A stretch of DNA of 64,000 nucleotides, taken from assembly GCA_030427835.1 (NCBI GenBank), contig JAUICN010000003.1:21867-85866 (forward strand), written 5' to 3'. Positions 1 to 7,427 of this stretch are shown piece after piece. How positions within the stretch are numbered: the stretch's first letter is position 1; the number at the start of each line of letters is the position of its first letter. Position numbers and translations under genes: made by a program. This stretch comes from Polyangia bacterium (GTDB taxonomy: Bacteria; Myxococcota_A; Polyangia; Polyangiales; JAUICN01). The notes beneath the pieces were generated by a model. The model was given only the letters and a program-made list of their open reading frames with translations, was not told the origin of the DNA and did not search any database.

Positions 1-190
1 TGTGGATGTGGCGGTGCCCGAGGCAACAGTTCTACCCAAGTTGTGGCCTGCCCGTCTCGCGCTCGACGTGGTTGTTATCGCGCCGGCAACGCAGCCCGGC
101 CAGTTTCCCCTTGTGGAAATCGCAGGGCCGGTACACCCGTGGAAGAGGCCCTCCCCAAACACCGTGGAAACCAAGCCAGAACCTATGGAT

Positions 191-592
191 TCACACATGG
201 GTTTCAACTTTGGAACCCTGCGACCAGGGCACCCCGCCCTCGGTAGCTCCGTAGAATGCAGGGTTTCCTACGCAGGCGTGGCCCTGGCCATTTCCAGGCA
301 GGATCGGGCGAGGCACGACTATCCCTCCTCTGCGTCCTTTCGCATGGCCATCAAATGCCAAGACCCCACACGTCGATCCGGCGGTGCTCCCCAACCAGAG
401 GTAGCCCAGCAGGGCCATTGGGTCGACGTATGGTTCCCAAGGGGCTGCGGAGACGTTGCGTTGCGGGCCTTCCAGGGTCAGCAGATCGCGGTTACTCCCC
501 AGACCCACGATCATGGCCATAGCGATTGGCCCCAGGCGACCTTTTCTTCCTGTGACTTGGGGCCTCCTGAGAGCCGCCTCAAATAGGGACAT
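191..592 (-). CDS. hypothetical protein (unresolved ORF, possibly a decayed gene)
   Basis: Minus ORF 191..682. The internal ATG at 592 gives MSLFEAALRRPQVTGRKGRLGPIAMAMIVGLGS... The Gly/Ala/Leu/Val-rich composition looks protein-like. No family recognised and no clear SD. The ORF ends at TGA 193..191, while the codon-aligned antisense ORF 2..586 stays open to the window edge. Confidence 0.25.
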   Translation of the reverse strand: MSLFEAALRRPQVTGRKGRLGPIAMAMIVGLGSNRDLLTLEGPQRNVSAAPWEPYVDPMALLGYLWLGSTAGSTCGVLAFDGHAKGRRGGIVVPRPILPGNGQGHACVGNPAFYGATEGGVPWSQGSKVETHV

Positions 593-627
593 TTCTTGAC
601 CAGCGTCACGGGCAACTGCTACCGAAG

Positions 628-657
628 GGTGTGTGTCTGAGACCGACAGGTGTGTAT
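628..657. promoter_or_regulatory. pair of direct repeats, candidate enhancer-binding-protein site upstream of the ddl sigma-54 promoter
   Basis: GGTGTGTGT (628..636) and GGTGTGTAT (649..657) are direct repeats with a 21-bp period. They lie about 85-115 bp upstream of the -24 element at 742. Confidence 0.3.
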
Positions 658-741
658 AGGAATCCACGCCGCATGAACCCAAAAATGGGAAAAAATACGT
701 AATTCAGCAGAAGTTTCCAGAGAAGCACTGCGGAACTCCGT

Positions 742-756
742 TGGCACAACACTTGC
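742..756 (+). promoter_or_regulatory. sigma-54 (-24/-12) promoter
   Basis: TGGCAC (742..747), AACAC, TTGC (753..756) is an exact match to the TGGCAC-N5-TTGC core. It is followed by SD GAGGAG (771..776) and the ddl ATG at 783. Confidence 0.6.
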
Positions 757-782
757 CTGGACTACCTATTGAGGAGAACCCC

Positions 783-1985
783 ATGGAAAGCAATACAAAC
801 ACCCCATCCCCACTCCAAGTGCAAGGGATCCATCGTGGAAAAGATGTGGCCGTGCTCATGGGAGGCCCCGGGCCCGAGAGTGAGATTTCACGGTGGAGTG
901 GTCAGGCAGTTGCAGATGCGCTCCGGGAACGTGGGTACGCGGCCCGAACCGTCGAGGTGGATCAGAACCTGGATCAAGTCCTGAGAAACAACCGGCCTGA
1001 CGTGGCCGTGATCGCCCTTCACGGCGTGGGGGGGGAAGACGGAACCGTGCAAGGGCTGCTTGAGTACCTTGGTATCCCCTACACGGGGTCAAATGTGCTT
1101 TCCAGTGCACTTGCAATGGACAAGGTCAAATCCAAAGAGCTTTTCCGTCTCTACAATATCCCCACCCTGCCCTACTACACCGTCGAATCCGAGCAGATGG
1201 CGCAGCTGGAACGGGTCCACGGAACCTTTGGTTTTCCAGTGTTTGTCAAGCCTGCGGGCGGCGGGTCCAGTTTGGGTTCGGGCAAGGCGGACACGGTTTC
1301 GGAGCTTCAGGCACGTTGCGAGGAGGCGCTGCAATACGACACGACAGTTCTTGTTGAGCGGTACGTGGAAGGAAAAGAGATCAACGTGGGCGTGGTTCGA
1401 GGGGAGGCCATCGGTGCTATCGAAATCGAGCCCCAACGAGAATTCTACGACTACGTCGCAAAGTACGGTGAGGATCAAAGCACGTACCATTTTCCGGCGA
1501 GGGTAGCGCCCACCCGGTACCAGGGGCTTCTGCGCCTTGCGGAGCGTGCGAATCTTGCCCTCGGTGCCACTGGGATCACGCGTGTGGACATGCTCGTCAC
1601 CGCTGGAGAAAATGAGTATGTGCTGGAGCTCAATACCATCCCTGGATTCACAGCCAAATCCTTGATTCCAAAGATGGGTATTTCGTTCCTAGATCTTTGT
1701 GAGATCATGGTGGATGATGCACGGCTCCACGCCCTTTCTCCTCAACGGCTGGGCATGTCAGACAAGCGCCGTGGCCAGGGTCTACTGCCCCCGAGCGATC
1801 GCGGTGCCCACAACACGGACATGGGCGGTTCCAAGGGTTCCGCCGAATCCCAGGGCCACGGCCCGACTGGAAGTTCCACGGGTGGCGCTCGCGCACAACA
1901 GGGCGGAGGATCCCCAGGCAGTACCAGATCCGCTCAAGTTCAAACCATTCGAACCCAAAATGCCCAGCCGGCCGCCCACCCATGA
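783..1985 (+). CDS. ddl: D-alanine--D-alanine ligase with ~85-codon low-complexity C-terminal tail
   Basis: ORF 741..1985. I moved the start to ATG 783 because the TTG at 741 lies inside the sigma-54 promoter. Ddl hallmarks: VAVLMGGPGPESEISRWSG, HGVGGEDGTVQGLLEYLGIPYTGS, ATP-grasp FPVFVKPAGGGSSLG, LELNTIPGFT. The conserved part ends near 1727. There is no in-frame stop until 1985. Confidence 0.9.
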   Translation: MESNTNTPSPLQVQGIHRGKDVAVLMGGPGPESEISRWSGQAVADALRERGYAARTVEVDQNLDQVLRNNRPDVAVIALHGVGGEDGTVQGLLEYLGIPYTGSNVLSSALAMDKVKSKELFRLYNIPTLPYYTVESEQMAQLERVHGTFGFPVFVKPAGGGSSLGSGKADTVSELQARCEEALQYDTTVLVERYVEGKEINVGVVRGEAIGAIEIEPQREFYDYVAKYGEDQSTYHFPARVAPTRYQGLLRLAERANLALGATGITRVDMLVTAGENEYVLELNTIPGFTAKSLIPKMGISFLDLCEIMVDDARLHALSPQRLGMSDKRRGQGLLPPSDRGAHNTDMGGSKGSAESQGHGPTGSSTGGARAQQGGGSPGSTRSAQVQTIRTQNAQPAAHP

Positions 1986-3269
1986 AGGCCGATACTCCAT
2001 TCTGTAACGTACGCATCCTGTTCTAGGTTCCCGCACGGGGATCTGTCGAATCTCTCCCGCGGTCAACGTACCGTGCCACAACGTGTTCACCTTGGATCTC
2101 TGAACCGAGGTGGGCGATTTTTTGGAAACCAAGCCATCCTGAGTAGCGTTCCGGGCATGGGCCGACGCAGCCACGCTGCGCCAGGGCTGATCCGATTCCC
2201 ACAGGGCATGGTCGCCCCCCACGAGCGCGGCGTCTCCCCGGAACAACATGAGCCGCAGGGCAGGAGTCTCAGAAACCGATCCACGATCGGTCGCGCCATC
2301 TCCTGATCGTGTGGCGTCTGGCAACACGGCTTGTATGAGTAAACGAAACGGTGGTTTGTCATCCACCACGCAGTACTGCAGCCCCTCCACCGCAGAGGTC
2401 AGTGCACCTGAGATCAGTGGCGTATCGTCCGTAAAAGCACGGGAGTCCATCAACGAAATCTGGATCACGGGAGGTGCTTTTGTATCCGACAAAGCCACAG
2501 GATCCGGAGAAAAACCGTGAATCGAGTAGCAATACCCCGCCTCAAGTTCGAGGGGTACCTGGGTCACCTGTGCGGTGGAAGGCGTCATCGTCCATTCATC
2601 CACCAGTTCGGTGAAACCCTTACTGGAAAGGAGTTGGGTAAGCTTGGAGCGATCTGTTCCTCCCTGATCCCCCGCAAACGCAACCATCGCAGGGGGGCGA
2701 TGCAAGGCCCGCGCAAGCTGTCGTGATTGTTCCGCAGATCCAAGATACGTCTGCATCCCATAGGGGCCGGCTCCCCGAAACGCTTTCAATACAAGAAAGA
2801 TACGTCGTGGATGCGCATCGTTGCACAGCTGCACCACAGGATGGGCATCGGGTTCCACGTCCTGCGTGAGTACTTGCCCCTCCGGTGAATAGAGGGTGGC
2901 GTCCAAATCCTCAAGGGCACCACTGGCTCGAACCACCACGGTAACGCATTCGTTCGGGGCCACATGCAACGGCAAGGTACGCGTTTCCTGAGGAGACGCA
3001 AAACTCAGTTCGTTTACGGTTCCAAGGCGCAGTCCCAGCTCTTCTGCTTGGGCGCGTTGTTGTTTGGCGTGGCTTTCCAATGGATGACCGGCTGTCGACC
3101 GGTTCTCCGATGCATTCGAGTGGGGGACAGTGGTATCGGGGGGCGTCCTTTCTGCACCGAGATCTGCCCGACGTTGTCGCCTTGCGTGCAACGGGCCGGA
3201 CCCGCAACCCGGCCAGACAGCGCACGCCAAGATCAGAAGTAGGATGTTGAAGGAAGGGCGCCGGTTCAT
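1782..3269 (-). CDS. secreted protein, probable lipoprotein, with Cys-bounded repeat modules (paralogue of upstream gene)
   Basis: Same frame as ORF 1782..3854, but started at ATG 3269 (MNRRPSFNILLLILACAVWPGC signal). ATGA overlap with the upstream stop (3266..3269). Modules such as NECVTVVVRASGALEDLDATLYSPEGQVLTQD..VVQLC resemble those of the upstream product. No family recognised. Confidence 0.65.
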   Translation of the reverse strand: MNRRPSFNILLLILACAVWPGCGSGPLHARRQRRADLGAERTPPDTTVPHSNASENRSTAGHPLESHAKQQRAQAEELGLRLGTVNELSFASPQETRTLPLHVAPNECVTVVVRASGALEDLDATLYSPEGQVLTQDVEPDAHPVVQLCNDAHPRRIFLVLKAFRGAGPYGMQTYLGSAEQSRQLARALHRPPAMVAFAGDQGGTDRSKLTQLLSSKGFTELVDEWTMTPSTAQVTQVPLELEAGYCYSIHGFSPDPVALSDTKAPPVIQISLMDSRAFTDDTPLISGALTSAVEGLQYCVVDDKPPFRLLIQAVLPDATRSGDGATDRGSVSETPALRLMLFRGDAALVGGDHALWESDQPWRSVAASAHARNATQDGLVSKKSPTSVQRSKVNTLWHGTLTAGEIRQIPVREPRTGCVRYRMEYRPSWVGGRLGILGSNGLNLSGSGTAWGSSALLCASATRGTSSRAVALGFGGTLGTAHVRVVGTAIARGQ

Positions 3270-4834
3270 GGTTGTTCTCCTGTTCCCCATGCCAACCATC
3301 CTGGGAGATCTCCCCCCAACGATCGTAGGCGCAGATGAACTTTTGTCGAAAGTCGTCGCCGCTCGCTGGCACGAGCACCGTTCGTATCGGCACCGACCTC
3401 TCCGTTGGCACCAAGGCAGTGGTACAACCACGCCGGCGCCCCATCTGCCACCCGTGTGGCAAGCACGGATCCATTGGCATCCGTGAGCTGCAGTTCCAAA
3501 CGGGGCCACGTACTCCCCTTGCTTGGTACAAAGGTCACTCCATAGCAGGCCTTGTGTTCCCATCGGACGGGCACATCGAGCCAAAGGGAAGAACGCCCCT
3601 GAACCTGTTGCGTTCCAATCCGATCCATTTCCATGGCCTGAAACCTGTGTACACTCTCCATCGCCATGGCCGGCGCCCCAGAATCTAACTCGCCCGGGGA
3701 TTCTGTCGCTCCCGAAGGGTTGGGGGAGTACCCTGCTGTCATGGGAAATACGTCCTTCGCACGAAAAGGATCCCCCTGAAACAGTTGTACAGCGAATGGC
3801 GCCACCGTGGCTGCGGCGACCGCAATCTCCAGGGATCGGTTTCGAAGTGGGCAAACACGTGCTTCCGTTCCGAGGGATAGGCTTCCGGAAGTTCGTGTGG
3901 GCTGTCCCGCACTCTCACCCGTCCCGGGATCCAAAAAACGTACGGCCGCCATGGTTCCTGGCGGGGTGGCCAAATGGGCCAGGTAGCATTTTCCTGCCCG
4001 TGCGCGGATAGACCAGCGGTAGGTTTGCCCAGCGTTGACCCTGCCCCGCTTGATGGCTCCCCTGGTGCGATATCCGGCTTGCTTCCAATGATCGGCCTTC
4101 TCATCCAGAGCCCGGTCCCACCCTGCGGTGGTTGCATTTTCAGGTCCCAAGTCAGGAAGCTCCGCCCGCAGCCCCCCGAGCCCGCCGAAACACTCACCGA
4201 GTGCCGCATTGAAGTTGGGCATCGACGTGGGTCCATTTCGAAGCCAGGTGACGGTGAACTCCCCCTGCCCGTCCACCACCGAAACAAGGGCATGTAGGCC
4301 AAGGCCGTTCCCACAAAAGGTGGCGTAGGCTTCGGGGCCCACACGTAAATCCTGTTCCAAGCGAACGCCGCCATCGGAGAGTAGTTCCACATCCAGGTCA
4401 CGGATCCCGGTATGCCCCACCACCAGTACAGCCACACATCCCGAGCTGGATCGTCCTGCGTACCCACCTCCCGGGGCCCCAGTCGTTTGTGGGGGGGGCT
4501 CGCGAGTCAGGTCTTCCCTGCCCATGGCCCCGGTTGGATCCTGATGAACCGGTGACGGATAGAGATGGGAAGACCCTGACAGACCAAAATCTCGATGGGT
4601 CGTTCCAAGGGGGTGTGCGCCCGAGCGGCCCAGGAGCCCAACCGCATGGGAAGTGCACGTGCCCAACATGTCGTCGGCCACCGGCAACGACGTCTGTTTC
4701 GCCTCCGTAGTTTCTTCCGCGATTGCGGGTGCGGACAGGGCGAGAACAGGCATCGTAGCGACGATCAAAGCCATGGAAGCAAAGGTGCAATCTCGGACAA
4801 ACACCAGGCGAACGTACCTTGATACAGGTTCCAT
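3266..4834 (-). CDS. secreted repeat protein (paralogue of 1782..3269)
   Basis: Signal peptide ..MALIVATMPVLALSAPAIA/EE (alternative ATG at 4774). Three Cys-bounded modules: GCVAVLVVGH..DLDVELLSDGG..ATFC; GKCYLAHL..VRFLDPGTG..ARVC; KACYGVTF..LELQLTDANGSVL..WLYHC. No family recognised. Confidence 0.65.
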   Translation of the reverse strand: MEPVSRYVRLVFVRDCTFASMALIVATMPVLALSAPAIAEETTEAKQTSLPVADDMLGTCTSHAVGLLGRSGAHPLGTTHRDFGLSGSSHLYPSPVHQDPTGAMGREDLTREPPPQTTGAPGGGYAGRSSSGCVAVLVVGHTGIRDLDVELLSDGGVRLEQDLRVGPEAYATFCGNGLGLHALVSVVDGQGEFTVTWLRNGPTSMPNFNAALGECFGGLGGLRAELPDLGPENATTAGWDRALDEKADHWKQAGYRTRGAIKRGRVNAGQTYRWSIRARAGKCYLAHLATPPGTMAAVRFLDPGTGESAGQPTRTSGSLSLGTEARVCPLRNRSLEIAVAAATVAPFAVQLFQGDPFRAKDVFPMTAGYSPNPSGATESPGELDSGAPAMAMESVHRFQAMEMDRIGTQQVQGRSSLWLDVPVRWEHKACYGVTFVPSKGSTWPRLELQLTDANGSVLATRVADGAPAWLYHCLGANGEVGADTNGARASERRRLSTKVHLRLRSLGGDLPGWLAWGTGEQP

Positions 4835-4873
4835 GCCTGGAAAGTATCAGAAAATAGTCCTATAGGGCCGCGC

Positions 4874-5599
4874 ATGGCCCCTACCCTACCTGACGGCTCC
4901 ACCGGGGAGTCACACCCTGAGCTCCCCATGCAAGATCCCACGGCTCCTGTTCCCGAACCCGCGGTGCGCCGCGGATGGATTCGGAGACTCTACGATTGGA
5001 CGCTCCAATGGGCCGATTCCCCTTACGGAACGTGGGCCCTTTTTCTTGTGGCCCTGGTGGAAGCGTCGGTTTTTCCCATTCCTCCCGACGTGCTTCTGAT
5101 GGCGCTTACCCTGGCTCGCCCACAGAAAGCGTTCTGGTATGCGGGTGTCTGCACGGCGGGGTCCATCGTGGGCGCCGTGGTGGGCTGGGGGCTGGGCACG
5201 CTTCTCTGGGGCAGCCTTGGAACCTCCCCGGAGTGCGCTGATCTAGGGGGCGGCCAATGGCTGTTCGAGCACGTACCGGGGCTCGGCTGTGAAGCGTTTC
5301 GCTCCGTCCAGGGGCTCTACCAAGCCCACGGATGGATTGCGCTTTTTGGCGCCGCGTTTAGCCCCATCCCGTTCAAGGTGTTCACCATTGCGGCAGGGGT
5401 CTTTCAAATTCACCTGGCTACCCTCCTGGGAGCCAGCGCCCTGGGGCGTGCGGCCAGGTTCTTTTTGGTCGCGGGGCTGATCTGGAAATGGGGCCCAAAG
5501 GTGCGCACATTTGTGGAAAAGCGCCTGGAGTGGGTCACTCTCCTGTTCACCCTGCTTCTGGTAGCCGGCTTTGTGCTTGTGAAGTACGTGATCCACTAG
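4874..5599 (+). CDS. YqaA/DedA-family (SNARE-associated) membrane protein
   Basis: Multi-TM protein with VFPIPPDVLLMAL and FSPIPFKVFTIAAGV motifs, as in YqaA/DedA proteins. Confidence 0.75.
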   Translation: MAPTLPDGSTGESHPELPMQDPTAPVPEPAVRRGWIRRLYDWTLQWADSPYGTWALFLVALVEASVFPIPPDVLLMALTLARPQKAFWYAGVCTAGSIVGAVVGWGLGTLLWGSLGTSPECADLGGGQWLFEHVPGLGCEAFRSVQGLYQAHGWIALFGAAFSPIPFKVFTIAAGVFQIHLATLLGASALGRAARFFLVAGLIWKWGPKVRTFVEKRLEWVTLLFTLLLVAGFVLVKYVIH

Positions 5600-5629
5600 A
5601 AAACGCCCCACAGGAGTATGCGGCAAATC

Positions 5630-5658
5630 TTGACATGTCCGATGGGGCATCCCATACA
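5630..5658 (+). promoter_or_regulatory. possible sigma-70-type promoter for the Rrf2-cysK operon
   Basis: TTGACA (5630..5635), 17 nt, CATACA (5653..5658). The predicted transcript start is about 5665, almost at ATG 5668. That ATG lacks an SD, which would fit a leaderless-type arrangement. The -10 is weak. Confidence 0.3.
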
Positions 5659-5667
5659 CAACGGGCA

Positions 5668-6123
5668 ATGCGGTTTTCAAGCAAGGGCTACTACGGGCTG
5701 CGGGCTGTGTTTGATATGGCGTTTTACCAGCCAGAGACCGTCGTACAGGTGCGCGAAATCGCCAGGCGCCAGGGCATCCCCGTTCGTTTCCTAGAGCAGA
5801 TTCTTCACGATCTGAAGAAAGTGGGCGTAGTGAAAGCCAAACGAGGTCCTGGTGGGGGGTATCGCCTTTCCGCGGCACCGGAGGACATCCCGCTAGCGGA
5901 AGTTTTCGAGGCCCTGGAAGGGGGAATTCAAGTGGCTCCAGAGGGCACGGCCTCCGCCGAAGGGGATCCGGTTGGTGCCCACGTCGTGGATCAGGTGTTC
6001 CATGGGCTGACCGACGCCCTCGTGAACGCCCTGTCCCAAATCTCCCTTCAAGACATGTGCAAAAAGGGGCAACAAATTCAGGTCGAAAAAGGCCCATTGC
6101 CCGGGTATTCCTACAGTATCTAG
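5668..6123 (+). CDS. Rrf2-family transcriptional regulator, cluster-less CymR-like type
   Basis: ORF 5488..6123 trimmed to ATG 5668. MRFSSKGYYGLRAVFDMAF..VREIARRQGIPVRFLEQILHDLKKVGVVKAKRGPGGGYRL is an Rrf2 winged HTH. The protein has only one Cys, so it lacks an IscR/NsrR-type Fe-S ligand triad. Confidence 0.85.
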   Translation: MRFSSKGYYGLRAVFDMAFYQPETVVQVREIARRQGIPVRFLEQILHDLKKVGVVKAKRGPGGGYRLSAAPEDIPLAEVFEALEGGIQVAPEGTASAEGDPVGAHVVDQVFHGLTDALVNALSQISLQDMCKKGQQIQVEKGPLPGYSYSI

Positions 6124-6135
6124 GAGCGGTACCGC

Positions 6136-7113
6136 ATGACCTTACCTGTAGTGAACAACGTACTTGAGCTTGTTGGTGGGACCCCCATGGTTTCCGTGGG
6201 TGGGCCGACCGAACAGATTTGGGCCAAGTGTGAACACCTGAACCCGGGCGGATCCGTCAAGGATCGAATCGGTGTCGCCATGATCGAGCAGGCAGAACGG
6301 GCCGGGGTTCTCGCCCCCGGAATGACAGTGGTGGAGCCCACGAGCGGCAATACAGGCCTAGCCCTTGCGATTGCGTGCACCGTGAAAGGGTATCCGCTTG
6401 TCCTTACCATGCCCGAGAGCATGTCCCTGGAGCGTCGTGCCCTATTGGAGGCGTACGGGGCCACCCTCGTGCTCACACCCGCCGAGCAAGCCATGAATGG
6501 AGCGGTACAGAGGGCGCAGTCTCTCTCCCAACGTGCCGACGTCTTCATGCCTTCGCAGTTTAGCAACCGGGCCAACCCGGATACCCACTACCGAACCACA
6601 GCGGAAGAGATTCTGGCGGACCTTGGAGGTCAGGCTCCGGACGTGTTCGTGGCGGGTGTGGGAACCGGTGGCACCGTGAGTGGTGTGGGCAAGCGCCTCA
6701 AGGAGCATTCTCCTGACACCTGCGTTGTGGCTGTGGAGCCCGCAGCGAGTCCCGTGCTCTCGGGTGGGCCACCGGGCCCCACAAAGATTCAGGGAATTGG
6801 GGCAGGTTTTGTTCCGGAAAATTTTGACCGGTCCGTAGTCGATCACGTGGTCACGATCGAAGATCCTGTGGCCTGGGACACCAAAACAGAACTTTCTCGA
6901 ACACACGGACTGCTTGTGGGTATCAGTTCCGGCGCAAACGTCGCCGCGGCAAGGCGTTGGGCACACGAGCACCATGTGCAAAACTCCGAACGCAACGACC
7001 TCCTCATCGTCACCCTATTGTGTGACACCGGTGAACGGTACTTCAGTCTTCGCGATCATTTCGAGCAGGATTCTTCTAGTAAGATCCCAATCTCCCCATC
7101 CAAGCTTTCGTGA
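6136..7113 (+). CDS. cysK: cysteine synthase A (O-acetylserine sulfhydrylase)
   Basis: NPGGSVKDRIG (PLP Lys), TSGNTGLALA, GTGGTVSGVG. AGGAG SD upstream. Confidence 0.95.
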   Translation: MTLPVVNNVLELVGGTPMVSVGGPTEQIWAKCEHLNPGGSVKDRIGVAMIEQAERAGVLAPGMTVVEPTSGNTGLALAIACTVKGYPLVLTMPESMSLERRALLEAYGATLVLTPAEQAMNGAVQRAQSLSQRADVFMPSQFSNRANPDTHYRTTAEEILADLGGQAPDVFVAGVGTGGTVSGVGKRLKEHSPDTCVVAVEPAASPVLSGGPPGPTKIQGIGAGFVPENFDRSVVDHVVTIEDPVAWDTKTELSRTHGLLVGISSGANVAAARRWAHEHHVQNSERNDLLIVTLLCDTGERYFSLRDHFEQDSSSKIPISPSKLS

Positions 7114-7151
7114 AACACATATTGGATCAAACACAACAGGAGCAATAGAAC

Positions 7152-7427
7152 ATGAGTATTACAGTACGAATTCCCACACCCCTTCGCGTCCTCACCAAGG
7201 ACCAGGATGAAGTTTCAGCTGAGGGAAAAACCGTTGGTGAAATCGTGGAGTCCTTGGAAGGGCAATATCCAGGAATGAAAGACCGCCTTTGTGATGAAAA
7301 AGGTGTTCGGCGTTTCGTGAATATCTACGCCAACGATGAAGACATTCGTTTTCTCAACAACCTAGACACAGAGTTGAAGGAAGGCGATTCCGTGACCATT
7401 GTACCCGCCATCGCCGGTGGCGCGTAA
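7152..7427 (+). CDS. cysO: ThiS/MoaD-family sulfur carrier protein, CysO-like
   Basis: 91 aa. Matches my recollection of M. tuberculosis CysO along its length (MSITVRIPTPLR.., RFVNIYANDEDIRF, GDSVTIVPAIAGG). Ends GG-Ala-stop. Confidence 0.85.
   Translation: MSITVRIPTPLRVLTKDQDEVSAEGKTVGEIVESLEGQYPGMKDRLCDEKGVRRFVNIYANDEDIRFLNNLDTELKEGDSVTIVPAIAGGA

Noticed and set aside
191-193. TGA ending the minus ORF, considered as a possible selenocysteine codon because the frame looks coding-like beyond it.
   Set aside because: There is no redox-type context around the codon and no convincing SECIS-like hairpin in the ~40 nt downstream. The downstream translation is not protein-like enough.
2-586. 194-aa plus-strand ORF at the left edge.
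   Set aside because: Its composition (Trp/His/Gln/Arg/Pro-rich) looks like the codon-aligned antisense shadow of the minus-strand ORF. No motif was recognised. It is kept only as part of the unresolved-region finding.
3270-3854. N-terminal 195 codons of the 690-aa ORF 1782..3854, which overlap the 3-prime part of ORF 3266..4834.
   Set aside because: This stretch has no protein-like features (it is rich in Cys/Arg/Trp/Gly). A clean signal-peptide start (MNRRPSF...) sits at 3269 in an ATGA overlap with the upstream stop. It is a frame left open by high GC content, not coding sequence.
5243-6097. 284-aa minus-strand ORF.
   Set aside because: It is antisense to the YqaA-like and Rrf2 genes. It is Arg/Pro-rich and has no motifs.
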